A stretch of DNA of 64,000 nucleotides, taken from assembly GCA_963715335.1 (NCBI GenBank), contig CAVQRZ010000001.1, positions 322,164 to 386,163 of the forward strand, given 5' to 3'. The notes below the pieces were generated by a model that made no database searches, was not told the origin of the DNA, and saw nothing but the letters and a program-made list of their open reading frames with translations. This DNA is from an uncultured delta proteobacterium. GTDB lineage: Bacteria > Desulfobacterota > Desulfuromonadia > Desulfuromonadales > BM103. This document shows positions 41,684 to 54,927 of the stretch, one piece after another; the stretch's first letter is position 1; every line of letters starts with the position of its first letter. Position numbers and translations under genes: made by a program.

Positions 41684-41752
41684 CGAGGCGCGTGGCAAGT
41701 GGCGCGTGGCGCGATTTTTCCCGCTACTCGCTACTCGCTACTCGCTACTTCG
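41684..41752. repeat. Heptamer-unit inverted-repeat hairpin (gyrB-gyrA junction)
   Basis: CGAGGCG CGTGGCA AGTGGCG CGTGGCG / (CGCTACT)x4. Confidence 0.88.
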
Positions 41753-41755
41753 TTT

Positions 41756-45249
<3,494 letters not shown>

Positions 45250-45258
45250 AATTACATC

Positions 45259-45295
45259 AAGAAAAAAGCCTCAACTATAAAGGCTTTTTTCTCTT
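45259..45295. terminator. Terminator-like hairpin between dnaN and recF
   Basis: GAAAAAAGCCT...AGGCTTTTTTC inverted repeat. Confidence 0.55.
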
Positions 45296-45305
45296 GTCAT
45301 CCTGT

Positions 45306-46418
45306 TTAGAGTCGCATCGGCATGATTACCGCCAGATAGCCATCCTCATCGACCGGCTTGATCAGTCCCGGCGACAGATTGTCTTTGAGAATAATTTGGA
45401 TTCGATCCTGTTCCTGGACCTGCAATATATCCAGCAGATAGCGTGCATTGAAGCCAACCGAAAGTTCCGGCCCGTGATATTCGACATCCAACTCTTCACG
45501 TGCATCACCCAGTTCCGGGTTGGAGGATGACACTTCCAGAAGATTTTCTTTCAGGTTCATCTTTACGCCGCGAGATTTTTCACTCGAAACAATAATCATG
45601 CGACGCAAAGCATGCAGAAACGGGTCGACAGCGATTGAGGCGTGTTGCTCATTGGTTTTAGGGATAACCCTGCTGTAATCAGGAAATTCACCATCGACCA
45701 GACGCATGATAATCACAGTCTGGTCCTTACTGACCACGGCATTATTATCCATGAAACCAAGTTGAATATTACCTGCACCCTCGTCGGCAAGTTTCTTTAA
45801 CTCGAGAATTCCTTTGCGCGGCAGTATAACTCCACGGGCCAGTTCTTCACTTTCATTTTTTTCGATAGCCTTGTCTATCATGGAGAGACGATGGCCATCT
45901 GTAGCAACCAGGCGTAGCTGATTAGTTTCTTTTTGAACCTGGCAGAAAATCCCATTGAGATTATATTTGCTCTCGTCCTGGGAAATCGCGAAAAAAGTTT
46001 TCTCTATCATTTCCTTACAGAGAGTGCTTTGCAGAGAAATAAAATTGGTTTTATCCGGTTTGGGAAAATTGGGAAATTCGTCCGCCGAAAGGCCGACAAT
46101 ATTGAAATGTGCCTTACCACATTCCACTTCAATCCAGCAATTATCCTTGGCGTTGAAAATTATCTCGTTGTCCGGTAATTCCTTGATTATCTCATAAAGT
46201 TTTTTTGCGGAAACCGTTATTTTCCCTGGTTTGCGGATTTGCGCTGGATAGGTTGATTGCATGCCAACTTCCAGATCCGTAGCGGTCAAACACAGCTCAC
46301 CATCCTTACCCTCCAAAAGAACGTTGGAAAGAACCGGGATGGTATTACGTTTTTCTACTATTCCCTGGATCCTTGCTAATCCTTTGAGAAAAACTTCTTT
46401 TTCAATGGTGAAATTCAT
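45306..46418 (-). CDS. dnaN: DNA polymerase III beta sliding clamp
   Basis: ATDLE, VATDGHRL, FPDY, FNARYLLD, IMPMRL. Confidence 0.98.
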   Translation of the reverse strand: MNFTIEKEVFLKGLARIQGIVEKRNTIPVLSNVLLEGKDGELCLTATDLEVGMQSTYPAQIRKPGKITVSAKKLYEIIKELPDNEIIFNAKDNCWIEVECGKAHFNIVGLSADEFPNFPKPDKTNFISLQSTLCKEMIEKTFFAISQDESKYNLNGIFCQVQKETNQLRLVATDGHRLSMIDKAIEKNESEELARGVILPRKGILELKKLADEGAGNIQLGFMDNNAVVSKDQTVIIMRLVDGEFPDYSRVIPKTNEQHASIAVDPFLHALRRMIIVSSEKSRGVKMNLKENLLEVSSSNPELGDAREELDVEYHGPELSVGFNARYLLDILQVQEQDRIQIILKDNLSPGLIKPVDEDGYLAVIMPMRL

Positions 46419-46655
46419 ATCTGTCCTCCTCGATCAACAAGTTATTATTAATAATATAAAACTATAAATAATTAAAAGATTAGTAGTAGTAATAAGCCCT
46501 GTTGATATCTGTAAAACTCTATTTTTCCAATTATTTTATAAAGTTAAAGAGATCATAACCTCAGGTACAAGCTGTTTGGAAGTGGGGGATAAATAGGCCT
46601 TTTTATCTAGGCTCTATTTGTCCACAGTTTATACCTTCCTATTTTAAACAGCTTA
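46419..46655. other. oriC: oriC unwinding region (dnaA-dnaN spacer)
   Basis: Very AT-rich 46440-46480; TAG TAG TAG TAA TAA trios at 46481-46495, GCCC spacer and DnaA-box-like 46500-46508; TTGTCCACA at 46618-46626. Confidence 0.8.
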
Positions 46656-48002
46656 TCAACGGGTCAGTTCCTTCTTCAAATTTTCGATCGTACTGCGTAA
46701 TTGAAAGTCCTCTTCCATAAGCCTTTCTATCTTGCGAATGGCATGGATTATAGTCGAGTGGTCCTTACCACCAAAGCGTTCACCTATTTCCGGGTAAGAG
46801 GACGAGGTGAGTTGCCGCGAGATATACATGGCTATCTGTCTGGGCATAACCACAGCCTTCAGTCTCTTAGCTGATTTTATGTCGGAAATTTTAATATTGT
46901 AATGACTACTGACTTTTTTCAATATTTCCTCTACAGTCAGTTCCTTGTTGCGTTCAACGAGAATATCTTTCAGAACATCCCTCGCCATTTCAAGAGAGAC
47001 CTGTGTTGACGTCAGGCTCGCATAAGCCCCTATTCTGATCAGATAACCTTCCAGTTCCCGGACATTGCTGCAAACCGAATTGGCAAGGAATAGAGCGACT
47101 TCTTCAGGAAGTTTGATGCTGTTCTGTTCCGCTTTCATTTTCAGAATGGCCAATTTTGTTTCGACATCCGGCGGCTGTATATCGGCAATAAGTCCCCACT
47201 CGAAACGTGATCGAAGCCTTTCTTCCAATCCGGGAATGTCTTTGGGGAATTTATCCGAGGTGACGATGATCTGTTTGTGCGACTCGTAAAGAGCGTTGAA
47301 GGTGTGGAAAAATTCTTCCTGGGTACGCTCCTTGCCGGCAATAAACTGGATATCATCTATGAGAAGAACATCCATAGATCTGAATTTATTGCGGAATTCG
47401 TCCATGCGATTATAACGCAGGGAATTAATCAATTCGTTCATAAATTTTTCGGACGTGTAGTAACATATCCGCATCTGTGGTGACTTTTTCAGGATGGCAT
47501 TGCCAATCGCGTTCACCATGTGAGTTTTGCCGAGTCCGACAGCACCATAGATGAAAAGGGGGTTGTAAGTTGTCGCCGGATTGTTGGCAACTGCCATCGC
47601 TGCAGCATAGGCAAACTGGTTGGAGGAACCGGAAACAAACTCTTCAAACGTATACTTGCGATTCAGGTTATTCTCTGCCGAATTAACCGTTTTTTGCGGG
47701 GTATTGACGGGAAGAGCGGGTGTTTCAGGAGCCTCGCCGGACCTGGATAAACCATCCCTGGCCTGACCGGTTACACTGAATTGCAGTCGATAACTGACCG
47801 CCGAGAGTTCTTCAAGAATCTTCTGGATAAGCTTGCTGTAATTGTCTTTTACCCAGTCGAGCACAAACCGGTTGGGAACTTCCAGGTAAACCATGTCCTG
47901 CTCGACTTTGACGAGCTTCAACGGCTTTATCCAGGTAGAAAAATGCTGTGAACTGAGGTTCAGTTCCAGATGTGTCAGGGTATCTTCCCAGAGTTTGCTC
48001 AT
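46656..48002 (-). CDS. dnaA: Chromosomal replication initiator DnaA
   Basis: YNPLFIYGAVGLGKTH, LLIDDIQF, RLRSRFEWGL, GGKDHSTIIHA. Confidence 0.98.
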   Translation of the reverse strand: MSKLWEDTLTHLELNLSSQHFSTWIKPLKLVKVEQDMVYLEVPNRFVLDWVKDNYSKLIQKILEELSAVSYRLQFSVTGQARDGLSRSGEAPETPALPVNTPQKTVNSAENNLNRKYTFEEFVSGSSNQFAYAAAMAVANNPATTYNPLFIYGAVGLGKTHMVNAIGNAILKKSPQMRICYYTSEKFMNELINSLRYNRMDEFRNKFRSMDVLLIDDIQFIAGKERTQEEFFHTFNALYESHKQIIVTSDKFPKDIPGLEERLRSRFEWGLIADIQPPDVETKLAILKMKAEQNSIKLPEEVALFLANSVCSNVRELEGYLIRIGAYASLTSTQVSLEMARDVLKDILVERNKELTVEEILKKVSSHYNIKISDIKSAKRLKAVVMPRQIAMYISRQLTSSSYPEIGERFGGKDHSTIIHAIRKIERLMEEDFQLRSTIENLKKELTR

Positions 48003-48055
48003 ACCTGCGTCAATTGTCATCCACCGGTTTCCGAACGGAGACGGTGGCGAAGGAT

Positions 48056-48087
48056 TTATCCACAAGTTTTTAAACAACTGTGGATAA
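48056..48087. promoter_or_regulatory. Pair of perfect inverted DnaA boxes upstream of dnaA
   Basis: TTATCCACA at 48056-48064 and TGTGGATAA at 48079-48087. Confidence 0.88.
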
Positions 48088-48311
48088 CTAAAAAACAGCC
48101 AGAAAACAATGGTTTAGTTAAAAATAATCAGGTGAAAAACTTGACGGTAAAGGTTAACAGAGCCGTTTTTTTATTGCAAGGGAAATTTCTTTTGAAAATA
48201 TTGGTTTAATATTACGCATGTTTTTCGTTCTTGACTTAGATTAACGGTTGTGCTTAAAAGTTCTTTTCACAAAAATCAATATATTGATGTCGAACGGGAG
48301 TAGATAAGATC

Positions 48312-48461
48312 ATGAAACGTACATTCCAACCAAGTAGAATCTCTCGCAAACGTACACACGGTTTCCGCAAGCGGATGCGCTCCAAGTCTGGTGCAAACGT
48401 TATCAAACGTCGGCGCGCCAGGGGCCGCAAGCGCTTAGCCGCAACGATTTCGAGCAAGTAG
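48312..48461 (+). CDS. rpmH: 50S ribosomal protein L34 (not in ORF track)
   Basis: [22 protein letters not shown]...[10 protein letters not shown], 49 aa. Confidence 0.97.
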   Translation: MKRTFQPSRISRKRTHGFRKRMRSKSGANVIKRRRARGRKRLAATISSK

Positions 48462-48475
48462 CACCGAACCATCGG

Positions 48476-48832
48476 GTGAACGGCGAACAAACCTTCCCCA
48501 GGGTTTGCCGGATCTGTCGATCCAGCGAATACCAAAGGACCTGGCAGGAAGGGCGACGTTATCACACGGCCCATTTTGTTGTGATTGTCAATCCCGGTCA
48601 GGATGTTTCCCGCCTGGGTATAACCGTGAGTCGCAAGGTCGGTAATGCGGTTTGCCGGAATCGACTCAAACGCTGGATTCGAGAGCTCTTCAGATATCAC
48701 TGCAAACAGTTCGGTCAGATCGTGGATGTTTCTGTTGTCGCCAAACGCCGAGCCGGACACCTGGAACATTCGCAAGTGGACCAGGAACTGTTAATCGTCT
48801 TTGCCCGCTTGGAGACCGATCATCATGATTAA
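48476..48832 (+). CDS. rnpA: Ribonuclease P protein component
   Basis: RLGITVSRKVGNAVCRNRLKRWIRE. Confidence 0.95.
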   Translation: MNGEQTFPRVCRICRSSEYQRTWQEGRRYHTAHFVVIVNPGQDVSRLGITVSRKVGNAVCRNRLKRWIRELFRYHCKQFGQIVDVSVVAKRRAGHLEHSQVDQELLIVFARLETDHHD

Positions 48833-49049
48833 GCGGTTAGCCATAGCGGGCATTCGCTTTTACCAGGTCTGTCTTTCCCCATTGATGCTGCCAGCCTGCC
48901 GTTTTTACCCTTCCTGCTCCAGGTATGCTCTGGATGCTGTAAACAAATATGGTGCTATGCATGGCTTGTGGTTGGGAATCAAGCGCCTTGCAAGATGTCA
49001 TCCCTGGCATCCGGGTGGCTATGATCCTGTTGACCGGGACCTTACATAA
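48825..49049 (+). CDS. yidD: Membrane protein insertion efficiency factor
   Basis: CRFYPSCSRYA and RCHPWHPGGYDPV. Confidence 0.95.
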   Translation: MIKRLAIAGIRFYQVCLSPLMLPACRFYPSCSRYALDAVNKYGAMHGLWLGIKRLARCHPWHPGGYDPVDRDLT

Positions 49050-49066
49050 CCAGGAGTTTTTTTGTT

Positions 49067-50704
49067 ATGAATTCATCTGAAAATAAAAACCTGATCCTTG
49101 CCATGTCCCTTATGTTGGCGGTATGGCTCGGTTTTTCGATACTTTTTCCGCCAACCAAACAGGACCAGAAAACGCAACCGGTTGCGGAACCCGTCAAACA
49201 GATCGCTGTCGAGAAGGCCGAACCGGCGGTTATACCGGGGTCGGTTGGTTTTGAACCGCTCAACGAGCCCGGCACATCGCCCTCCGCTGCGACCGATGCC
49301 TCCGTCCCGAGCCGGGAAATCACGGTCGAAACCGAGAAATACCAGGCGGTTTTTACCACGCAGGGTGCCCGGTTGATTTCTTTCAAGCTCAAGGATTACA
49401 GGGCAACGGCGGCAAAAGATGCCCCTCCGGTGCAGATCTTCGAACCGGGCCCCCTGCGCTACGCGACCCTGCGTACCACCGGTACCGAGGGTTTTGTTCT
49501 CAATGAAGATGCCCTCTTCGAGACCGCGACAGGAGATGTGGTTGAATTAACCGGAGGCGCTCAACAGGAGCTACGCTTCAGGCATGTTGCTGCCAACGGC
49601 ATGCAGTATGTGAAGGCATACCAGCTTCAGGGCGATCTCTATACTATCGAAACCTCTATTGAATTAGCCAACGCCGGCGCAATGCCTTTGCGGGGTGGTA
49701 TAGGTTTCGCTCTGGTGCAGCATTGGGACGACACCCAGAAAACCGACAGTTACTCATTTACCGGCCCGGCAACCTTGGTGAAGGACGAAATCGAGGAAGT
49801 TGACGTCGACGATCTGAAGGAAGGGTCCGTGGCTTACGGTACAGATGTATCCTGGACGTCCTTTCAGACCAAGTACTTCCTCTCTGTGGCGGTTCCGGGA
49901 GTCGGAGTGAGCGATCGTATCGAGGTGCGGCGCAAGGGCGACGCCGTTGAAAATCTCATAGAAACCCCGGTAATCACCCTTCAGGCTGGTGAACGGAAAC
50001 AGCTCGACTACCTGGTCTATATCGGCCCGAAAGAGGCTGAACAACTAAAAGCTGCCGGCCACAACCTCGACAAGGTCGTGCACTTCGGTTTCTTCAACCT
50101 CTTGGCTCAACCGCTGTTTCTGGTACTCACCTTCTTCTACGGCTACTTCAAGAATTACGGTGTCGCCATTATTCTTTTAACCGTGCTGATCAAGATCATT
50201 TTCTGGCCCCTGACACACAAGAGCTATTCGTCGATGAAAGCGATGCAGAAGCTGCAACCGGAGATGCAGAAACTGCGGGAAAAACATGCCGGAGACAAGG
50301 AGCGCCTCAACAAGGAGATGATGGCGCTGTACAAGACCCATAGCGTTAACCCGCTCGGCGGGTGCTTGCCGATGCTGGTGCAGATTCCGGTTTTCTTTGC
50401 CCTGTACAAGGTTCTGCTCGACTCGATCGCTTTGCGTCACGCCGACTTCGCCTTTTGGTTGACCGATCTTTCGGCGAAGGACCCCTACTATATTACCCCC
50501 CTGTTGATGGGTGCGAGTATGTTTGTACAACAGAAGATGACACCGACCACGGCTGACCCGATGCAGGCCAAAATCTTCATGATGATGCCGGTCATCTTTA
50601 CTTTCATGTTCCTTAACTTCCCTTCGGGTTTGGTTATTTACTGGTTGGTAAACAACCTGCTGACTATCTGTCAGCAATATTTCATTCATCGAAAAAAAAC
50701 CTGA
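49067..50704 (+). CDS. yidC: Membrane protein insertase YidC
   Basis: NYGVAIILLT, NPLGGCLPMLVQIPVFFALY, PSGLVIYW. Confidence 0.97.
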   Translation: MNSSENKNLILAMSLMLAVWLGFSILFPPTKQDQKTQPVAEPVKQIAVEKAEPAVIPGSVGFEPLNEPGTSPSAATDASVPSREITVETEKYQAVFTTQGARLISFKLKDYRATAAKDAPPVQIFEPGPLRYATLRTTGTEGFVLNEDALFETATGDVVELTGGAQQELRFRHVAANGMQYVKAYQLQGDLYTIETSIELANAGAMPLRGGIGFALVQHWDDTQKTDSYSFTGPATLVKDEIEEVDVDDLKEGSVAYGTDVSWTSFQTKYFLSVAVPGVGVSDRIEVRRKGDAVENLIETPVITLQAGERKQLDYLVYIGPKEAEQLKAAGHNLDKVVHFGFFNLLAQPLFLVLTFFYGYFKNYGVAIILLTVLIKIIFWPLTHKSYSSMKAMQKLQPEMQKLREKHAGDKERLNKEMMALYKTHSVNPLGGCLPMLVQIPVFFALYKVLLDSIALRHADFAFWLTDLSAKDPYYITPLLMGASMFVQQKMTPTTADPMQAKIFMMMPVIFTFMFLNFPSGLVIYWLVNNLLTICQQYFIHRKKT

Positions 50705-50713
50705 CCGGAAATC

Positions 50714-50956
50714 ATGAAGCCTGACCACCTGACTGCTGAAGCGATGGTCGACAGCGACCGTCAGCACCGAACAGACGTTCTCAGCCGCCCGAGCCGGCGG
50801 CTGTCGCGCCTGGTGCGGCAATCGGTCAGGCCGGCGGCCACCCTACTCCTTAAACTCGAGAAACGCCGCATTCTAAACAACCTTTTCAAGCAGGACCCAG
50901 GCCCTGAATCCCGAGCAAACGTGCGCAAGGGCGTTCTTCTGCAGAACCGGTGCTAG
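50714..50956 (+). CDS. Hypothetical 80-aa basic protein at the usual jag position
   Basis: ORF fills the yidC-mnmE gap and overlaps the mnmE start; no recognisable motif. Confidence 0.35.
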   Translation: MKPDHLTAEAMVDSDRQHRTDVLSRPSRRLSRLVRQSVRPAATLLLKLEKRRILNNLFKQDPGPESRANVRKGVLLQNRC

Positions 50957-52332
50957 CGATGTTGCCAACCGATACGATCGTTGCCCCTGCTACTCCGCCC
51001 GGCGAGGGCGGTATCGCTATCGTGCGCCTGTCGGGTCCGCGGGCCCATGACTGCCTGGCAGAAGTTTTCCGCAGCAAACACATTACCCCTGCAGAGATGG
51101 AACCTCACCGGCTCTATCTGGGCGGCCTTTACAACGGCCGTGAAGAGTTGGTCGATGAAGTTTTTGCAGTGATTATGCGCGGCCCCCGCTCATATACCGG
51201 TGAGGATGTTGTTGAGGTTCATTGTCACGGCGGCGTCCAGCTTCTGCGCAACATTCTCGATCTTTTCCTTGAGACGGGGGCAAAGATGGCCGGTCCCGGC
51301 GAGTTTACCCAGCGTGCGTTTATGAATGGCCGTCTCGATCTCACGCAGGCGGAGGCCGTGATCGAGGTGATCCGTGCGCGCTCGGAACGTGCGAGCCGGG
51401 TTGCCGTCGACCAGCTGGACGGCCGTCTGTCCCGGGAGATCTATCGTTTTTCCGGACAGACCAAAGATGCGCTGGCGCTGTTGGAAGCCCATATCGACTT
51501 TCCTGATGACGAAGTCGGCGAGTTGGAGCTTTCCACCCTGCTCGGCCCGCTTCATCTGGTTGCCCGTCAGATGCGGGCCCTGGTCGCCAGTTTCGATGTT
51601 GGCCGGGTTCTGCGGGAGGGAATCAGTATTTTGATCCTGGGCCGGCCGAATGTTGGCAAGAGTTCGCTGATGAATGCCATCCTTGGCGAAGCCCGGGCGA
51701 TCGTTACCGAAGTGCCCGGGACAACCCGGGATACCCTGGAAGAACAGCTGGTGATGGCCGGATTCCCGGTGCGCTTGATTGACGCGGCCGGGGTGCGTGA
51801 CACAGATGATTTGGTTGAGCGTGAGGGGGTGCGGCGGGCCAGGGATAAGGCCGCTTCGGCGGACCTGGTGCTCATGGTGGTGGACGGTTCGGTCCCGCTT
51901 CACGACGAAGACCTGCTGGCGTTTGAGCTCTGCCGTCCGGACAAGACGCTGCTCGTAATTAATAAATGCGACCAGGCGCAGCGGTGCGACATGTCCGCGC
52001 TTGGAAGGTTCGAATACCGGGTTGCGGTGTCGGCAAAGTACGGTCATGGCCTGGAGGAGCTTGGTGAAGCAATCGTCAGGCGCCTCACTGACGATCCATC
52101 GCTCGCTGCCAACGAAGGATTTGTCATTATGGAGCGTCGCCACCGGGACGCTCTGTTGAGCACCCTTGCCGCTTTCGACCAGCTGTTTGCCTCGGCGGGG
52201 GTGAAAGCTCCCCGTGAGTGCCTTGCCATGGACTTGCGCGAGGCGCTCGGCGCGCTCGGCACGATTACCGGTGAAACTACACCGGATGAGATCCTCGACC
52301 AGATTTTCGGTCGATTCTGTATCGGCAAGTAG
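50950..52332 (+). CDS. mnmE: tRNA modification GTPase MnmE
   Basis: SYTGEDVVEVHCHGG, GRPNVGKSS, PGTTRD, FCIGK. Confidence 0.97.
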   Translation: MLAMLPTDTIVAPATPPGEGGIAIVRLSGPRAHDCLAEVFRSKHITPAEMEPHRLYLGGLYNGREELVDEVFAVIMRGPRSYTGEDVVEVHCHGGVQLLRNILDLFLETGAKMAGPGEFTQRAFMNGRLDLTQAEAVIEVIRARSERASRVAVDQLDGRLSREIYRFSGQTKDALALLEAHIDFPDDEVGELELSTLLGPLHLVARQMRALVASFDVGRVLREGISILILGRPNVGKSSLMNAILGEARAIVTEVPGTTRDTLEEQLVMAGFPVRLIDAAGVRDTDDLVEREGVRRARDKAASADLVLMVVDGSVPLHDEDLLAFELCRPDKTLLVINKCDQAQRCDMSALGRFEYRVAVSAKYGHGLEELGEAIVRRLTDDPSLAANEGFVIMERRHRDALLSTLAAFDQLFASAGVKAPRECLAMDLREALGALGTITGETTPDEILDQIFGRFCIGK

Positions 52333-52337
52333 GCCCT

Positions 52338-52392
52338 TGTTCCACGTGGAACATTTTGCCCGGCAGTGTTTCGCGCTGTTCCACGTGAAACA
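52338..52392. promoter_or_regulatory. parS: Two parS centromere sites
   Basis: TGTTCCACGTGGAACA (52338-52353) and TGTTCCACGTGAAACA (52377-52392) match the canonical parS palindrome. Confidence 0.92.
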
Positions 52393-52428
52393 TTAAGCAC
52401 AACGCAGTGATAAACTAACGGGGTTTTT

Positions 52429-54276
52429 GTGGCAGAAGGTTACGATGTCATAGTGGTTGGTGCCGGTCATGCCGGTTGTGAGGCTGCGCTTGCCGCCGCC
52501 CGCATGGGGAGCCGCGCGTTGCTGTTGACCCTCAACCTTGACGCCGTTGCGCAGATGTCCTGCAATCCGGCTATCGGCGGCCTGGCCAAGGGCCACCTGG
52601 TGCGCGAGATCGACGCCTTGGGTGGAGAAATGGCGCGGAATATCGACGCGACCGGAATCCAGTTTCGTATTTTGAACACGAAAAAGGGGCCGGCGGTCAG
52701 GGCCTCCCGGGCCCAGGCGGATCGAGACCTGTATCGTGCCCGCATGAAGCAGGTCATTGAAAAACAGCCTGGTGTGGATCTCAAGCAGGCACAGGTTGTC
52801 AAGCTTGTTGTTGAGGGGGAGCGGGTCTGTGGCGTAGAAACCCGTGACGGTCTGCGCTTTATGGCCCCGGCGGTGATTCTGACCACCGGCACCTTCATGC
52901 GCGGCCTGATCCATGTCGGCCTGGTGCACTACCCCGGCGGGCGGGCCGGAGAGCCGCCCTCGGAGGGGCTGTCCGACCATTTGCGCGCCCTGGGGTTTAG
53001 GGTCGGGCGGTTGAAAACCGGGACACCGCCGCGTTTGGCCGCGGCGACGATCGATTTTTCCCGGTTGGAAGCCCAGCCCGGCGATTCGCACCCGAAACCG
53101 TTTTCTGCAGACACCCTGAGTATAGATCGCCCCCAGGTCCCTTGTCACATCACCTATACCAACGCACGGACTCATGAGGTGATTCGTCACGGGCTGGATC
53201 GCTCTCCGCTGTACTCGGGGGTGATTGAAGGGGTTGGACCTCGATATTGTCCATCGATCGAAGACAAGGTGGTGCGTTTTCCGGAAAAGGAACAGCATCA
53301 GATTTTTCTCGAACCGGAAGGGCTTGCCAGCGGCGAAATCTATCCGAACGGTGTGTCCACCTCGCTGCCTGTCGATGTCCAGTTGGCATATCTCAGAACC
53401 ATGTTGGGCCTCGAACAGGTGGAGATCATGCGGCCAGGCTACGCCATTGAGTACGACTATGTCGATCCGATTCAGCTGCATCCCAGCCTGGAAACCAAGG
53501 CGCTACGTGGACTCTACCATGCAGGCCAGATCAACGGCACCTCCGGCTACGAGGAGGCGGGCGCCCAGGGGTTGCTGGCGGGGATCAACGCAATATTGCA
53601 GGGCAGAGGCCGTGAGCCGGTGATTATCGGCCGTGACCAGGGTTATCTGGGTGTTCTGGTCGACGACCTGGTCAATCTGGGTGCCAAAGAGCCCTACCGG
53701 ATGTTCACCTCGCGGGCCGAATACCGTCTCCTGCTCAGAGAAGACAATGCCGACCAGAGGCTCAGCCCCGTCGGTAGAGAGATCGGCCTGTTGAGCGACA
53801 CACGCTGGGAGCGCTTCTCTGCGAAGCTCGCAGATATGGCGCACGGCCATGAGCTCTTGCGCGAGACACGGGTTTCGCCTGCAGATCAGGATACCCTTGA
53901 GCGACTGGGCCTGCAGGAATTGAAAAACGGCGCATCGCTAGAAGAGTTGTTGCGGCGCCCGGAACTCGGCCTCGACGACCTCAGCTTCCTCAATGACGCG
54001 CTGGCCCGACTCCCTCTGGATGTCCGCAGCGAACTGGAAACCGAAGTCAAGTACGCCGGTTACATCCGTCGCCAGCAGGAACAGGTCGAGCGTTTCCGAC
54101 GCTTGGAAGGCCTGGTGATCCCCGCAGGGTTCGATTATGCAACCGTTCAGGGTCTCTCTGCAGAGGTGCGCGAAAAGCTCAAACTGGTGGCGCCACGAAC
54201 CCTCGGACAAGCCGGGCGTATCCCCGGTGTCACCCCTGCCGCAACAGCCATTTTGGCAGTTATTTTAAAACGCTGA
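52429..54276 (+). CDS. mnmG: tRNA uridine-5-carboxymethylaminomethyl modification enzyme
   Basis: GAGHAGCEAA, MSCNPAIGG, GPRYCPSIEDK, GQINGTSGYEEA. Confidence 0.98.
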   Translation: MAEGYDVIVVGAGHAGCEAALAAARMGSRALLLTLNLDAVAQMSCNPAIGGLAKGHLVREIDALGGEMARNIDATGIQFRILNTKKGPAVRASRAQADRDLYRARMKQVIEKQPGVDLKQAQVVKLVVEGERVCGVETRDGLRFMAPAVILTTGTFMRGLIHVGLVHYPGGRAGEPPSEGLSDHLRALGFRVGRLKTGTPPRLAAATIDFSRLEAQPGDSHPKPFSADTLSIDRPQVPCHITYTNARTHEVIRHGLDRSPLYSGVIEGVGPRYCPSIEDKVVRFPEKEQHQIFLEPEGLASGEIYPNGVSTSLPVDVQLAYLRTMLGLEQVEIMRPGYAIEYDYVDPIQLHPSLETKALRGLYHAGQINGTSGYEEAGAQGLLAGINAILQGRGREPVIIGRDQGYLGVLVDDLVNLGAKEPYRMFTSRAEYRLLLREDNADQRLSPVGREIGLLSDTRWERFSAKLADMAHGHELLRETRVSPADQDTLERLGLQELKNGASLEELLRRPELGLDDLSFLNDALARLPLDVRSELETEVKYAGYIRRQQEQVERFRRLEGLVIPAGFDYATVQGLSAEVREKLKLVAPRTLGQAGRIPGVTPAATAILAVILKR

Positions 54277-54283
54277 GGGTTTT

Positions 54284-54922
54284 ATGGGTTTACCGCAGCA
54301 GCTGGCCACCCTTGGTCTGGACGTCGCTCCTGAAGCGGTTGTGCGCCTCGAGAGGCTGGCCGATGAACTGCTGCGCTGGAGTCGCCGCCGCAACCTGACG
54401 GCAATTACCGGGCGAGATGAAATCCTGGAAAAGCACCTGGTCGACTCGCTGACCCTTCTGCCCTTCATCAACCGCACTGGTCGCCTGCTTGACATCGGTT
54501 CCGGGGCCGGATTTCCGGCGCTTCCAGTGAAGATCGCCTGCCCCGATCTCGAGGTCGTCTCTGTCGAGGCGGTCGGTAAAAAGGTCGACTTTCAGCGCCA
54601 CATTGCCAGACTTTTCGCTCTCGACGGGTTCACCGTGCGGCATGCACGGGTCGAGACACTTAGCGATCATGCCGATTATTGCGGAGGGTTCGATACGGTT
54701 ACCGCGAGAGCTCTCTGCTCTCTCGAGGAGTTGCTGGCCATGGCCAGGCCCTTTCTGGCCTCCGGGGCTCGTCTGTTGGCAATGAAGGGACCCGAAGGCG
54801 TCAAGGAAGTTGCCGTGCTTGATGAGCAACTGAAAGGGTCCGGCTGGTCGGCTACCGTGCACCGTTTCAAGCTGCCCGTGTCGGGTGCGGACCGGTGCTT
54901 GGTCGAAATGGGATATTCGTAG
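54284..54922 (+). CDS. rsmG: 16S rRNA m7G527 methyltransferase
   Basis: NLTAI, HLVDSL, DIGSGAGFP, TARA, AMKG. Confidence 0.95.
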   Translation: MGLPQQLATLGLDVAPEAVVRLERLADELLRWSRRRNLTAITGRDEILEKHLVDSLTLLPFINRTGRLLDIGSGAGFPALPVKIACPDLEVVSVEAVGKKVDFQRHIARLFALDGFTVRHARVETLSDHADYCGGFDTVTARALCSLEELLAMARPFLASGARLLAMKGPEGVKEVAVLDEQLKGSGWSATVHRFKLPVSGADRCLVEMGYS

Positions 54923-54927
54923 TGTTT

